Source: a virus. From it: a stretch of 40,776 nt of DNA. The stretch lies in UHGV virus genome UHGV-0210060. One strand, given 5' to 3'. The notes beneath the pieces were generated by a model. It saw only the letters and a list, made by a program, of their open reading frames with translations, was not told the DNA's origin and made no database searches. The position numbers and the translations under genes are program-made. Shown here piece after piece: positions 15,853 to 26,672 of this stretch (within the stretch, counting starts at the first letter, position 1; the number at the start of each line of letters is the position of its first letter).

Positions 15853-16900
15853 GCGCCGGGATTTACCCCCTAATCTTTATATAAGAAACAATGGATATTA
15901 CTGCTACAGGGACCCAAGGACGGGTAAAGAGTTTGGATTAGGCCGAGACAGGAGGATAGCAATCACTGAAGCTATACAGGCCAACATTGAGTTATTTTCA
16001 GGACACAAACACAAGCCTCTGACAGCGAGAATCAACAGTGATAATTCTGTTACGTTACATTCATGGCTTGATCGCTACGAAAAAATCCTCGCCAACAGAG
16101 GAATCAAGCAGAAGACACTCATAAATTACATGAGCAAAATTAAAGCAATAAGGAGGGGGCTGCCTGATGCTCCACTTGAAGACATCACCACAAAAGAAAT
16201 TGCAGCAATGCTCAATGGATACATAGACGAGGGCAAGGCGGCGTCAGCCAAGTTAATCAGATCAACACTGAGCGATGCATTCCGAGAGGCAATAGCTGAA
16301 GGCCATATAACAACAAACCCGGTCACTGCCACTCGCGCAGCAAAATCAGAGGTAAGGAGATCAAGACTTACGGCTGACGAATACCTGAAAATTTATCAAG
16401 CAGCAGAATCATCACCATGTTGGCTTAGACTTGCAATGGAACTGGCTGTTGTTACCGGGCAGCGTGTTGGGGATTTATGCGAAATGAAGTGGTCTGATAT
16501 CGTAGATGGCTATCTTTATGTCGAGCAAAGCAAAACCGGCGTAAAAATTGCCATCCCAACAACATTGCATGTTGATGCTCTTGGGATATCAATGAAGGAA
16601 ACACTTGATAAATGCAAAGAGATTCTTGGCGGAGAAACCATAATTGCATCTACTCGTCGTGAACCGCTTTCATCCGGCACAGTATCAAGGTATTTTATGC
16701 GCGCACGAAAAGCATCAGGTCTTTCCTTCGAAGGGGATCCGCCTACCTTTCACGAGTTGCGCAGTTTGTCTGCAAGACTCTATGAGAAGCAGATAAGCGA
16801 TAAGTTTGCTCAACATCTTCTCGGGCATAAGTCGGACACCATGGCATCACAGTATCGTGATGACAGAGGCAGGGAGTGGGACAAAATTGAAATCAAATAA
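15830..16900 (+). CDS. int: integrase Int (lambda-type tyrosine recombinase)
   Basis: 356 aa; MGRRRSHERRDLPPNLYIRNNGYYCYRDPRTGKEFGLGRD... near-identical to lambda Int along its length; overlaps xis. Confidence 0.95.
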   Translation: MGRRRSHERRDLPPNLYIRNNGYYCYRDPRTGKEFGLGRDRRIAITEAIQANIELFSGHKHKPLTARINSDNSVTLHSWLDRYEKILANRGIKQKTLINYMSKIKAIRRGLPDAPLEDITTKEIAAMLNGYIDEGKAASAKLIRSTLSDAFREAIAEGHITTNPVTATRAAKSEVRRSRLTADEYLKIYQAAESSPCWLRLAMELAVVTGQRVGDLCEMKWSDIVDGYLYVEQSKTGVKIAIPTTLHVDALGISMKETLDKCKEILGGETIIASTRREPLSSGTVSRYFMRARKASGLSFEGDPPTFHELRSLSARLYEKQISDKFAQHLLGHKSDTMASQYRDDRGREWDKIEIK

Positions 16901-17130
16901 TGATTTTATTTTGACTGATAGTGACCTGTTCGTTGCAACAAATTGATAAGCAATGCTTTTTTATAATGCCAACTTAGTATAAAAAAGCTGAATGAGAAAC
17001 AAGAAAAATCATCAATATCAATGTGTTATGATGGTTTTGGTCTAAATAATAGACTACATAATACTGCAAAACACAGCATGTGCAGTCACTATGAATCAAC
17101 TACTTAGATGGTATTAGTGACCTGTAACAG
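16900..17130. other. attP (lambda-type core at 16974..16988 with P and P' arms)
   Basis: TTAGTATAAAAAAGC is the reverse complement of the lambda core GCTTTTTTATACTAA; the int-proximal arm matches lambda, the distal arm is recognisable but diverged. Confidence 0.85.
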
Positions 17131-17437
17131 AGCATTAGCGCAAGGTGATTTTTTTTCTTCTTGCGCTAATTTTTTGTCAACTCACTGGGTTAGTTGAATT
17201 TACAACCATGCTCAGTATCTCGATAAGCGCAGAGAAATGATGCAGTGGTGGGCGGACTGGCTTGATGAAAAGGTGGAGCAACCAACATTGCTATATCTCA
17301 GATAGCACAAAGCCTTGCAATCCAGTGCAAAGCCTTGTGTGTCTCAGTTTTGCCTCATAGGTAATGAGGCTTTAACTGCGATGCAGTAATCAATACTAAA
17401 ATTTACTTAAAATTCATAAATACACCAGATAAAAACA

Positions 17438-17459
17438 ATCCCGCATTTTTATGCGGGAT
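17438..17459 (-). terminator. intrinsic terminator after the tailspike gene
   Basis: ATCCCGCAT-tttt-ATGCGGGAT with a T-run on the minus strand. Confidence 0.7.
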
Positions 17460-17477
17460 ATACTGCATTTATTGCAA

Positions 17478-20183
17478 CTACATTGCCATTAATATAAACA
17501 TAGCCAATTCGTCATAACGAATTCCGTAGCGTCCTCCTGCTTTTTTTACAAGAATCATATCTCCTGTTTTATATTGAGAATAAATTTTCTCACCTGTATC
17601 AGGATCTGTGCTCTCTTCAGTTATCACCTCTTCATCCCATACGTCAGGCCATTCATCGTAACACCAAAAAGCATATTGCTCAGGGTTTAAACCATGCTTT
17701 CTAAGAATATCCCCTACGGTTTGAGCGCCAACGCCAAAATGATACCTGGACGACTCAATTCCTTTGTTATTAATTGAGTCATTAAATTTAAATTTATAGA
17801 TGACTGACTTTATTTCAATAGCGGCATCACGCTCTGCATTAAGAATATCATATCTTGTTTTAAGAGTTTCATCTGATGTATTGATTGACCCGGTTCCTGC
17901 ATAAATAACAGAGCATCTGTTTGATGGCTGTCCAATGGCTTTAACATTATCATCAACAGGAGCTATTTTATTAGCATCTGCCAACCACCAGTCTGTTCCA
18001 TCAGCGTGACCGATTCTTACTCTTATCCCACTTCTAATATTTAAACTTCCAGTATTACTCTGTAAATTACAATCTCCTGACGTTGGTCCAAGCAGTACAG
18101 TTTTACCAACACCACATACTACTCTGGCATTTCCTTTTTGTGATACGAGTCTTGACTCACCTCCTGACTGCTCAGGAAGAGATTTATGGTCTATAAATGC
18201 ATCGCGGGGGTTAAATACACCGTCTCCGGAATTATATCTTCCTCCTGTATAGTTGTTAAATACAGGACCCCAGTCAACGCCATTGCCTTCAGAGCACCCG
18301 ACCATTCTAAGCACTCGAGTATTCCCTGCTGCATATGGTAATGAGCTTGTTGATTGCCGGGAAGCTATCATACGTGCTCCATAACCAATAGCATTACCAC
18401 CATTTATAGTTACATATGCTTGCTGGCTTTCGAAATATGTACTGTAAAAGTTCATATTTCCACAGTCATGTAGATGAATAAGAACATCATCCCATCCCTG
18501 AATGGTTCCTGCATGTACCTGTACACCGCGAACTGGTTCCCCTGAAACCTCCATACACTCTGATGGTCGGCTGAATGGTTGAGACAGGTATTGCGATGTG
18601 GCAAGCAGATGTGTGTGGTGATACAGGCTGGTAATGTAGCAATCGAAAAATTGCGTTCCCGCCATACCAAAGTTATCTATGTCATTTCGCCGTATAGTAG
18701 AACCTACTGTTGCCTCAGAAGCGTTAGACACTCCAGTAAATACTAACTTATCACCGGATACGGATAATCCTGAATAAGTGAAATTCCTGCCTCCAGATCT
18801 TAAAACCCCGGACGTTTCGAAGGTGTGGCTTGCTGACCATGGTATTTCGATAGTGCTGGACGTTACCGCTGTAATTCGGAATACATCATGGGCGCGGATC
18901 GAAATACCCTTGAATCCTTGGAATCTACAGTGATAATAGTTTTCATCCTCGCCCTGAGCGGCCAGCGTGCCAGATACAGGAATGTTCGTTTTTAAAAGTG
19001 CCGTCTTGCGCCAGTATCCAACCACCTGCAAATTGCGGTATTCATTGCCAAAAGACGCACGTGACCAAATACCTACATCCCACTCATCGCCAAGACCGGT
19101 ATTTGCAATGTCTTTATAACCATCCAGCCCATTGAAATATGGAACAACACGAAAGTTCTCAAGGCGAACACATCCTGTCTCAGGCATCAATATTGCGGCA
19201 GAGAATGGTTTAAGCGTGGCTCTTGTAGTCCCATTAGCATCACCGTTAGTAAAATCCAATAAATCATATGATGACGCAGGTGCCGTTGTTGTATACGGGT
19301 CTTCGGAAGATGGGTTAGAAACCACACCACCACTAACATCCATATTAGAAACACAATCTACAGTATATTTTTTATTTCCTACCCCGTACATCAGGAATGT
19401 GGTCCCTGTGGTAATATCAGGAGCAAATGTTGCAGTATATCCTGAGACCCATTTGCCCACACCAAGACAAATTATCCCACCACCAGAAACAGGTGTTAAC
19501 GTATCCGTTATTACATACGCATTATCAGTACCATAAATAACCTTTCCTGTGTTAAGGGCAGCTTGCCACGCGGCCCAGTCTATTGACTGAGATAATGAGT
19601 CAACAAAAGGATATAAGGATTTTGCTTCAGAAATTGAAGAAAACCACTCAGATAATGGATGATATTTCCCATCCCCAATTGCTCCAAATTGTTTTACATT
19701 TAAGAAAAGAGCATTGTTTTCATGCTGAGTTATAGTTGCAGCCCCGGTAAATGGCTGCCTTACCCCAATTAATGCATCACCTTTTGAATCATCATTAATG
19801 TATGCTCCTGATTGAGATAACTGCTCTTTGAAGTCTGGGCCAAACTGATCTGGATCGTATTTTAATACATTTGGAAAATAAAACTGCTGAGTGCCATAAG
19901 CATCGTAAACAGCCATAGAATGGCCTTGCACGGTAACGAATTTGGCAATCTGTCCGTTATATACCGGATAACCAGCAGCGTTAATGATGATGGGTTGCGA
20001 AACAGGAGCGTGAGAACCGTCTTCGTTCTCCACATAAACCTGAATCTGGTTTTCAGGATTTACCGGGTCAGTGTCAATTTTACCGATATAAATTTTGCCA
20101 TTGGCTACGGCTTTAAAAGAACGAGCCATAGTGAAGAGTTGCGAAGGCATGCTTACCACAACATTGGCTGTAATGTCTGTCAT
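17478..20183 (-). CDS. tailspike (P22-type head-binding domain, beta-helix domain, C-terminal intramolecular chaperone)
   Basis: 901 aa; N-terminal ~110 aa match the P22 gp9 head-binding domain ([45 protein letters not shown] ... [12 protein letters not shown] ... NVLKYDPDQ); [10 protein letters not shown] glycosidase-like start; [11 protein letters not shown] near the C-terminus. Confidence 0.85.
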   Translation of the reverse strand: MTDITANVVVSMPSQLFTMARSFKAVANGKIYIGKIDTDPVNPENQIQVYVENEDGSHAPVSQPIIINAAGYPVYNGQIAKFVTVQGHSMAVYDAYGTQQFYFPNVLKYDPDQFGPDFKEQLSQSGAYINDDSKGDALIGVRQPFTGAATITQHENNALFLNVKQFGAIGDGKYHPLSEWFSSISEAKSLYPFVDSLSQSIDWAAWQAALNTGKVIYGTDNAYVITDTLTPVSGGGIICLGVGKWVSGYTATFAPDITTGTTFLMYGVGNKKYTVDCVSNMDVSGGVVSNPSSEDPYTTTAPASSYDLLDFTNGDANGTTRATLKPFSAAILMPETGCVRLENFRVVPYFNGLDGYKDIANTGLGDEWDVGIWSRASFGNEYRNLQVVGYWRKTALLKTNIPVSGTLAAQGEDENYYHCRFQGFKGISIRAHDVFRITAVTSSTIEIPWSASHTFETSGVLRSGGRNFTYSGLSVSGDKLVFTGVSNASEATVGSTIRRNDIDNFGMAGTQFFDCYITSLYHHTHLLATSQYLSQPFSRPSECMEVSGEPVRGVQVHAGTIQGWDDVLIHLHDCGNMNFYSTYFESQQAYVTINGGNAIGYGARMIASRQSTSSLPYAAGNTRVLRMVGCSEGNGVDWGPVFNNYTGGRYNSGDGVFNPRDAFIDHKSLPEQSGGESRLVSQKGNARVVCGVGKTVLLGPTSGDCNLQSNTGSLNIRSGIRVRIGHADGTDWWLADANKIAPVDDNVKAIGQPSNRCSVIYAGTGSINTSDETLKTRYDILNAERDAAIEIKSVIYKFKFNDSINNKGIESSRYHFGVGAQTVGDILRKHGLNPEQYAFWCYDEWPDVWDEEVITEESTDPDTGEKIYSQYKTGDMILVKKAGGRYGIRYDELAMFILMAM

Positions 20184-20325
20184 TTAATTTGCTCCAGATG
20201 CAAGGAATCGCCGCAGCATGGCTACGGTGAGTATTTGTTTGCTTTTTGCACTACACTTTTTGTGTAGTGCTATCTCTCAAGGCCATAGCCGCTGAGTAGC
20301 TACGATGAATTTTGGGCATAAAAAA

Positions 20326-20343
20326 ACCCAGCCGAAGCTGGGT
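20326..20343 (-). terminator. intrinsic terminator after ant
   Basis: ACCCAGC-cgaa-GCTGGGT flanked by an A-run on plus (U-run on the minus transcript). Confidence 0.65.
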
Positions 20344-20361
20344 TGTCGCGTTGGTTATCTG

Positions 20362-21258
20362 TCAGTAGTTATGTACTGAAGGAGGTAATTCTTTATTCTT
20401 AAGTCTCATCCATGCGGAAAGATTCGTTGGTCCGTCTGGCTCATTGATATCAACATCTCGTGTGTGATTGATTAAAACGTCTCTCGCCATTCCGATAACA
20501 TACGAGAATTCATGACCGTAGTCGTAGCATCTGCCGGAATAGTTCGATTGAATTTGTTTTAGCGCCGGATACAGTTCGCGGAATAATGCCTGTGAGCGGT
20601 TGGCATAATCCCATAACCATACAAGGCTGTTTGCTTCTTTTGCAGAAAGCTCGTTCTTCTCTTGTTTGCCGATGAACTCGCCTTCAAGCACTACCCTGTG
20701 GATGTACTCTACGGCTTGCGGTATCTGAGATGCATCAAGCTCTTCAATACTTTCCACATTGAAACGCTGATGAATCATTGCATAAGCTTCTGGGTACATT
20801 AGATGCTTTTTGCTGACTAGCATATTTACAGCATCACGAAGCGGAGTCCTGTCATCAACAGATGTTTTCTTCCGTGCATTTGCTGCCTCTCCCTTTGTCC
20901 AGTAGTCATGCAGCACAGTAAAGCATTCTTCCTGGTACTGAATCAGTTTATCGCGGATGTCAGCACGAACTTTCTCAGGGTTGATGCTGAACAGCCATCC
21001 ATTTAACTTCTTCAAAGGAAGGCACAGTAGCTTACGAAGCTTACCATCAGCGGCAACCATATTCATATGAATACAGTTGAACTTATCTAGTTGTTTCATA
21101 AGTTTTTGTTGCTGAGTACCCCAGCTCATTCCGAGGTTTTCAACGATTGGCTTCATCGCAACATATGCAACTCCGGCAGCCATGGCGGTGATAATCTGCT
21201 GACCATTGAAAGGTACGTAAGAGGTGTTCACTGCTTCTAAAATTGCTATACTATTCAT
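20362..21258 (-). CDS. ant: antirepressor Ant (P22 AR-type)
   Basis: From internal ATG 21258 (RBS GGAGAAAAA): [22 protein letters not shown]... resembles the P22 antirepressor N-terminus; immI context (arc upstream, tailspike downstream). Confidence 0.75.
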   Translation of the reverse strand: MNSIAILEAVNTSYVPFNGQQIITAMAAGVAYVAMKPIVENLGMSWGTQQQKLMKQLDKFNCIHMNMVAADGKLRKLLCLPLKKLNGWLFSINPEKVRADIRDKLIQYQEECFTVLHDYWTKGEAANARKKTSVDDRTPLRDAVNMLVSKKHLMYPEAYAMIHQRFNVESIEELDASQIPQAVEYIHRVVLEGEFIGKQEKNELSAKEANSLVWLWDYANRSQALFRELYPALKQIQSNYSGRCYDYGHEFSYVIGMARDVLINHTRDVDINEPDGPTNLSAWMRLKNKELPPSVHNY

Positions 21259-21320
21259 GTTGGTTTTTCTCCACGGATTTACCGACAACCGAAGCCCTGA
21301 CTGTTCCAGCAGTTGGGGCT

Positions 21321-21542
21321 TCAACGTTTTTGTAAGTCACTGTAGCTATAAAGCCACTGACCACTCATTTTTGATTTGATTGACTCTACTGAGTCACGGC
21401 AAGGAATGATTCCGCCTGACATCATTCTGATTTCCGTAAATTCACCACTCCTTATCGATTCAATGCCATCAATGTTAACTAAAGATTTACCTCTACCACG
21501 TGCATTCTCATAGCCAATCTCATCAACCTCAATAAACCTCAT
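21321..21542 (-). CDS. hypothetical protein (73 aa) between arc and ant
   Basis: ATG overlaps arc stop (ATGA); no motif recognised. Confidence 0.45.
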   Translation of the reverse strand: MRFIEVDEIGYENARGRGKSLVNIDGIESIRSGEFTEIRMMSGGIIPCRDSVESIKSKMSGQWLYSYSDLQKR

Positions 21543-21691
21543 ACCGTTATCCCCTCTCTCTTCAGGCTGTCCAGCAATCGCTTAATCACTTCCGAGTTAA
21601 ACGACCGGCATTCTTCTTTGGCCTTTCCTGTAATCGCATCTTTTAACGACTGCGGCATCCTTACCAAAATCTTACTTATTTCTTTCTCCAT
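21539..21691 (-). CDS. arc: Arc-like ribbon-helix-helix repressor
   Basis: Start at Met13 of the listed ORF (GGAGGG RBS); KILVRMPQSLKDAI..ECRSFNSEVIKRLLDSLKREG parallels P22 Arc (FNLRWPREVLDLV..NGRSVNSEIYQRVMESFKKEG). Confidence 0.7.
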   Translation of the reverse strand: MEKEISKILVRMPQSLKDAITGKAKEECRSFNSEVIKRLLDSLKREGITV

Positions 21692-21773
21692 GTTACCCTC
21701 CACACAAACAACTCTTTTCGAATACAAAAGATAGCAAAGTGAGTATATCTAGTCAAAATTTTTTTGCATACAC

Positions 21774-21785
21774 TTTGATATCAAA
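21774..21785. promoter_or_regulatory. 12-bp perfect palindrome in the arc/mnt divergent promoter region (candidate operator)
   Basis: TTTGATATCAAA, 21 bp upstream of the mnt start codon. Confidence 0.4.
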
Positions 21786-21805
21786 TTGAATACCAAAGGT
21801 GTGAT

Positions 21806-22057
21806 ATGGCAAAGGGTGTGTCAATTTCTCCAACTACGGTAAGAATCCCTGAATCTTTACGCGAAGCTCTTGCTGTCAGAGCATCAAAAAATGGTCGCTC
21901 TGTTAACTCCGAGATCGTCATGATTTTGCAAGCCGCGATTGATGAAGATAGGTCGCCAAAGTCAGTTGAGTCATTTGCTCAGCAAGAAGCTGACAAATTC
22001 AAAGAGGCGCTGCTTGAGACGCTGAGGAACATGCAAGAAAACAAAAAACCCACCTGA
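21806..22057 (+). CDS. mnt: Mnt-like ribbon-helix-helix repressor
   Basis: 83 aa; VRIPESLREALAVRASKNGRSVNSEIVMILQAAI parallels P22 Mnt (FRMPMEVREKLKFRAEANGRSMNSELLQIVQDAL). Confidence 0.75.
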   Translation: MAKGVSISPTTVRIPESLREALAVRASKNGRSVNSEIVMILQAAIDEDRSPKSVESFAQQEADKFKEALLETLRNMQENKKPT

Positions 22058-22067
22058 AGGTGGGTTT
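22046..22067. terminator. bidirectional intrinsic terminator between mnt and the convergent 328-aa gene
   Basis: AAACCCACC-tgaa-GGTGGGTTT flanked by an A-run and a T-run; loop contains the mnt stop codon. Confidence 0.7.
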
Positions 22068-22072
22068 TATAA

Positions 22073-23059
22073 TTAGATTTCTGGTTTTATTCTTCCAAAA
22101 ACCTTTTCTATTCCTTTTTCGTATTCTTCTCTTGTCTCGCTCATCGCTGCGACACCAAGAAGCTTACCGATATGCTGACGCAAAGCCTTGACACCAATTT
22201 CAGAAAGGAACAGGTGCAACTTATCAGATTGTTTTCCGTTCTCGTCTCGGCTGGCTCGAATCTGTTCAAGGATTTTACCTTTACTCTTTGCTAGCGGAGT
22301 GTATATCTGCATGTTGGTTAGTTGCCCAAAACGAATTGGACGTCCTTTCTCTGGCCTGTTCAGGCCGTACAGTCGATACCACTCCTCATATAGCTCATCT
22401 GGAAATTCTTTTTCATACTGCCTCGCCTCTTCACGAACAAAGGCCTTGAAGGAATCAATAACCTCCTGTACTTCAGGTCGATATCCTGCAATAGCATAAC
22501 CAAGTCCTTTAAGCCCTGCTTTCATTGATGCGGTAACAAGTCTTTGGGCAAGGCTGGCAGATTTTGATCTTGAAGGCGGTAGTGCGCCAGCTCGATCGGC
22601 ATTAATCATTGCTGTGGCTATATCACCGATAAGGGCAATATCGTAACCGTGAGCCTCATCAGCGAGTGGATTTGGGGCTGAGTTTGGGACCGGACTTCTC
22701 CATTGAAAAATAAGAGGTTTTTTGAATTTTTCTAGCAGAAATGGATCAACAAAATCAGCCATATAATTCGTATTTAGAAAACGGTCTACATCCCTACCAT
22801 GCTCACCGATTCCTAGTAATTTAGCCAGACCAGTTTTACTAACTACAACCGTTTTATCATTATCATCAAGTACGTAACATTCTGCATCAATGCCGAAATC
22901 ATCAATGAAGTTACCCTTTCTGATCGCTCTTAGTGGCTTACCTTCCCATCGTTTTGCCGCTGCTTTCTTTGCTATTTCAGAACGCTGCTCTTTAGTCAGC
23001 GACTTTGCGCGAGCGATCCCGCCCTTAGCTTTCCCTTCGCCACTTTTCTTTTCAGTCAT
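22073..23059 (-). CDS. hypothetical protein (328 aa), possibly P63C-domain-like, basic N-terminus; sieA-position moron
   Basis: Start at Met26 of the listed ORF, embedded in an operator-like repeat array; N-terminus GGIARAKSLTKEQRSEIAKKAAAKRW. Domain call is from memory and weak. Confidence 0.55.
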   Translation of the reverse strand: MTEKKSGEGKAKGGIARAKSLTKEQRSEIAKKAAAKRWEGKPLRAIRKGNFIDDFGIDAECYVLDDNDKTVVVSKTGLAKLLGIGEHGRDVDRFLNTNYMADFVDPFLLEKFKKPLIFQWRSPVPNSAPNPLADEAHGYDIALIGDIATAMINADRAGALPPSRSKSASLAQRLVTASMKAGLKGLGYAIAGYRPEVQEVIDSFKAFVREEARQYEKEFPDELYEEWYRLYGLNRPEKGRPIRFGQLTNMQIYTPLAKSKGKILEQIRASRDENGKQSDKLHLFLSEIGVKALRQHIGKLLGVAAMSETREEYEKGIEKVFGRIKPEI

Positions 23060-23152
23060 AATGCAAGCACCTTTGTTGTGATGTATGCTTGCATTATATG
23101 CACTGTACACACATACAAGCAAGCATAAAACCAAAACAAAATGCTTGCATTA
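23058..23152. promoter_or_regulatory. operator-like array: four copies of ATGCTTGCAT-type motif in alternating orientation
   Basis: TAATGCAAGCA (23058..23068), ATGCTTGCATTAT (23083..23095), CAAGCAAGCAT (23117..23127), ATGCTTGCATTA (23141..23152); the first copy overlaps the start codon of the 328-aa gene; CATATAAT -10-like element on the minus strand. Confidence 0.55.
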
Positions 23153-23215
23153 CAACCGCGCTACTCCAACTACACATTATCATCTGGTATCCTGCACAAA
23201 ACTAAGGAGGTTGGT

Positions 23216-23404
23216 GTGAAGAAAAAATTTGTAAACGTTGCAAAGTGCGCAATTTTTATATTTTTTATGATCTTTTACGGATTTAGTGCCGGAGAAGGTT
23301 TCGATCGTGATGCCAATGCATTCAGTTTCTTTTGTCTGTCTATAGTGGTCATAATTGTATGGGTGGAATTAAAGCAAACATTGTTTCATGTGCTAGGGAA
23401 ATAA
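23216..23404 (+). CDS. small membrane protein (62 aa, two hydrophobic segments)
   Basis: GTG start 6 nt after AAGGAGG; CAIFIFFMIFYGF and FFCLSIVVIIVWV segments; divergent from the 328-aa gene. Confidence 0.45.
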   Translation: MKKKFVNVAKCAIFIFFMIFYGFSAGEGFDRDANAFSFFCLSIVVIIVWVELKQTLFHVLGK

Positions 23405-23421
23405 CCATCCATGGCATTTAG

Positions 23422-25254
23422 TCACTGCTGTGTTGCCTCAGTGGCAAGCAGCGGTCTGATGGCATTTGCAGCTTTGCTTAACGCTCTTTCATAAGCTGGC
23501 GTTCCAGCTTTAGTGTTTGCCAGACGTAAGAGCGCATTCCTAGCCATAGGGCTTTCATAAACCCTCGACATAAGGCCAATCCCTGTTTCCCCAGCCAATA
23601 GCGCGCCTCCGTTTTTTAGGTTACCAATAACCCTTACCAAAGGCGCGAGTGTCATGCCAGTCTTCGTCACAACATTAGCCTCAGATGCTCTTTTGGTAGC
23701 ATCGAGAATAGATAACATCCCCTCTATCTCTTTTCCGTTCTTCCCACCAAATACAGTTTTAAACACCTGACCATTTGCTTGTTTTTGCAGCTTGCCAAGC
23801 TCGGTCATCATTTTCTGAGGGCTGTCACCTACCTTGTCAGCTATTTTGCTGATATATGCCGCCCTTAGCATGTCTTTACCTTTTTGATCGAGTTTCCCGT
23901 ACAATCGAGCTATATCTGACCCATATTGTCCATACACAATGGTATTTACAGCCTCGGGAGTTAAATCTCCTTTGTTTAGAACGTTTTTAAGGCGCGTTTG
24001 AGTTGCATGTGTTGCCATTTTTGCATAATCAGCTTTTCCCGCTCTCCATGCTGAAGCATCTTTTGGGCTAAGTCCTTTCGCTATAGATTTACTAAGGCTA
24101 TTGGTTAGCGAGTTGTAGACCCTGTCGACCATTGTTTGCGACATTGATGGCAGAACTGTACGATCGCCTTTTACGTCAATGCGGAACTGAGTTCTCAGCT
24201 TATCAAGTAACTCAAAGGCATCATCCCCATTTGTTATCTCCTGAATGGCATTCTTATAATCATTAAGCGCAGAAATGGTCTGTGTGTCAGAAACACCTTT
24301 AAGTTTCCCAAGTTCGTTTACTGCTCCGTCGATAGCTCTTATGGCGCCACTTGTATCAACTGGCTTTCCAACCATTCTTCCTGACAGGTTGTTTAGTTTT
24401 GACTTGGCTAACGATTTTTCCCTCGCAACGCCTGACTTTAGACTATCAACTACTACAGATGGATCGTAGTCGCCGTATTTTTCGGTGAAGCGATTAACAA
24501 GCTTGGTTCTAGCATCCTGCTGTGCGGCTCTCATTGGTCCAGTCCCAGCGATGACTCCTTCTGAGTAACCCTGCAGTTGATTGCCAAGTTTTGTTTTTGG
24601 AGGAACTACATCCGATGTCATAACTGGTACATCTGCCGCAGCGGCACGCTTGAGCAATTGCTGATCTGCGGGTGATATTTCGCCACGAACAGCAGTAATT
24701 CCACGCCCTATTCCCTTTGCTGCTGCGGAAAGAACCCCCTGAGCGGCAAGGTTGACTCCGGCATTTTTAGCTGCATTTTGTGCGAAATCGCCTTTCTGAT
24801 TTGCGGCCTCTGCCAGTGATCCAATAGCCATGCTTCCTGCCGTTCCAACTCCTGGAACTAAATACCCGCCAATTGTTTCTCCAGCTTGAGCGTAGGGGTC
24901 TGTCGGTCTGTCTACTGGACGATAAACATCATCCAAAACCTTGGGGCCACCAAGCCCCTGACTGATTGCATTAATCAGGCTTGCGCCGCCCTGCAATACG
25001 TCAAATGGTATGTTTACCAGACCACGACCAGCCTGCTCTGCAATTTGCCCTGCACTTTGACCACCTGTGAGCCAATCGCCAGCTTGTTGCATCAATGATG
25101 GTTCTTCACGTGCTGGTTCATTATTGGCCTGATTAACTGTTTGTTGCTGAACAGCCTGACCAGCAAAATACTCATCAATGGCGGTGCCAATATCTTCCGT
25201 GCTCGTACCATCAGGGAAGGTAAATGTCTTACCGTTTGCAGTTACTTTCATCAT
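23422..25254 (-). CDS. ejection (DNA-transfer) protein, P22 gp16-like
   Basis: 610 aa (P22 gp16 ~609 aa); last gene of the 4-10-26-14-7-20-16 order; Gly/Ala-rich. Confidence 0.7.
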   Translation of the reverse strand: MMKVTANGKTFTFPDGTSTEDIGTAIDEYFAGQAVQQQTVNQANNEPAREEPSLMQQAGDWLTGGQSAGQIAEQAGRGLVNIPFDVLQGGASLINAISQGLGGPKVLDDVYRPVDRPTDPYAQAGETIGGYLVPGVGTAGSMAIGSLAEAANQKGDFAQNAAKNAGVNLAAQGVLSAAAKGIGRGITAVRGEISPADQQLLKRAAAADVPVMTSDVVPPKTKLGNQLQGYSEGVIAGTGPMRAAQQDARTKLVNRFTEKYGDYDPSVVVDSLKSGVAREKSLAKSKLNNLSGRMVGKPVDTSGAIRAIDGAVNELGKLKGVSDTQTISALNDYKNAIQEITNGDDAFELLDKLRTQFRIDVKGDRTVLPSMSQTMVDRVYNSLTNSLSKSIAKGLSPKDASAWRAGKADYAKMATHATQTRLKNVLNKGDLTPEAVNTIVYGQYGSDIARLYGKLDQKGKDMLRAAYISKIADKVGDSPQKMMTELGKLQKQANGQVFKTVFGGKNGKEIEGMLSILDATKRASEANVVTKTGMTLAPLVRVIGNLKNGGALLAGETGIGLMSRVYESPMARNALLRLANTKAGTPAYERALSKAANAIRPLLATEATQQ

Positions 25255-26660
25255 TCCACCGTAAATTGAATGCCTGATTTTGACGTGTAGCTACCTCCTG
25301 CTGATTGCTGAGTAGGCGGCTGTTGCATTGAAGATTTCTTCCCTCCATTACCGACATTAACGTTATATTGCTGGTTGTAATTGTCGGTATATTGCTGAAT
25401 GTCGCGCATTGATTGTTGCAGTGCTTCAGGGCTTGAGAAATCAACCTGTGGCATACCTTGAAAATACATCTTTGCTTCTGCAACGGTGTTGATACCGGAT
25501 GCCCCCATGTCTCTGGCTGCTGCAATGCCCTGATTCTGCATCTTTCCTTGGATTCGCTGTGCAGCGTTGTATAGTTTCCTCTGATCACCACCAGATGCAC
25601 GGCTACGAATATCTGCACCAAGAGCAGGAGAACCTGAAGAGCCTGTAATGCCAGTCATGAAGCCAAGATCGTCAATTGATGCACCAGAAATTGCATCAAG
25701 ATCTTTCTTCATTGCGTAATTCTGCGCGCTTGCTGCCGATGTAGCCGGAGCGGCAATAGAGCCAGCAGGAACGCGAACCATATTCCCCTCGTTGTCGATA
25801 CCTTCGTAGAACGCATTAGCCCCAGCGCCATGAAGCTTCCCGCCGACAGTTACAGTTCTGCCATCTGATAACTGAACTGTGCGCTCATCATTCCCAGCAG
25901 TTCCTCTTGTTGACGATCGCTGCATTGCCAAATCCTGACCGCGTCGTGCAGTAGAAGCAGATAAATCCTGTCCGCGCATCGTGATGTTCTGACCACGCGC
26001 TGTTAGTGCTTCTCCAGCCTGATTGCTGCGGATTGTCTCTGCAAGTTTTCCGCGGTCAATCTCACGACCAACGATTCTGTCTTGTGCCTGAAAATATTGT
26101 TCTGGACCAAGTGCAGCCATTCCAAGGTGATCAACAAACTCTGTGAAACCTTGTGGATTTTGCTGATACATTTTCGCCACATCAAGAGGGTCTACTCCGG
26201 CACGAGTAAGCTCAGATGAGTTGTTCTGCAACCATGACATCATGGCTTCTGGAGATGAAGCTGCGAGTCTGGCACTTGCTGCCAGTGTACCGACAGTGGA
26301 ACGCTGGTCTTCATCGACAAATTTCATGCCGTTTCTTACAGCGTCAAACTGCTCAGGATACTGTGATGCCAGTTTTCGCATTGCATCGCGGTCACCAGAT
26401 GTATATGCATCAGCATAAGCCTGCTGAAACTCTTGCTGTCGCTTCTGCTGATCCATCTGCTTATACATATCCATGACAGATGAAATGCCTTGCAAAGCCT
26501 GCAAGCCAACGTTATTACGTCCTGAACGCTCCATCTCGTTATTCTGTCGAATGTATGCAAGCGTGGCGTCTGCATCACTTGCTCTTGGAGCGTTGGAGTT
26601 CATGCCGCCTAACCCGGCAAGAAGCGCGCCTGAATTACCAGCCTGTTGCCATGTAGCCAA
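25251..26660 (-). CDS. ejection protein, P22 gp20-like
   Basis: 469 aa; position and size match P22 gp20. Confidence 0.65.
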   Translation of the reverse strand: MATWQQAGNSGALLAGLGGMNSNAPRASDADATLAYIRQNNEMERSGRNNVGLQALQGISSVMDMYKQMDQQKRQQEFQQAYADAYTSGDRDAMRKLASQYPEQFDAVRNGMKFVDEDQRSTVGTLAASARLAASSPEAMMSWLQNNSSELTRAGVDPLDVAKMYQQNPQGFTEFVDHLGMAALGPEQYFQAQDRIVGREIDRGKLAETIRSNQAGEALTARGQNITMRGQDLSASTARRGQDLAMQRSSTRGTAGNDERTVQLSDGRTVTVGGKLHGAGANAFYEGIDNEGNMVRVPAGSIAAPATSAASAQNYAMKKDLDAISGASIDDLGFMTGITGSSGSPALGADIRSRASGGDQRKLYNAAQRIQGKMQNQGIAAARDMGASGINTVAEAKMYFQGMPQVDFSSPEALQQSMRDIQQYTDNYNQQYNVNVGNGGKKSSMQQPPTQQSAGGSYTSKSGIQFTVE

Positions 26661-26672
26661 GAGACACCTCCA

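Noticed and set aside
16900-17130. Integrated prophage with attL/attR
   Set aside because: The attP core is flanked by both phage arms next to int, and the window ends join in frame inside ninH, so there are no host junctions.
18452-19536. Short ORFs on either strand inside the tailspike gene (18452..18670 and 19132..19536)
   Set aside because: Nested in a gene with strong P22 tailspike homology; no independent start signals.
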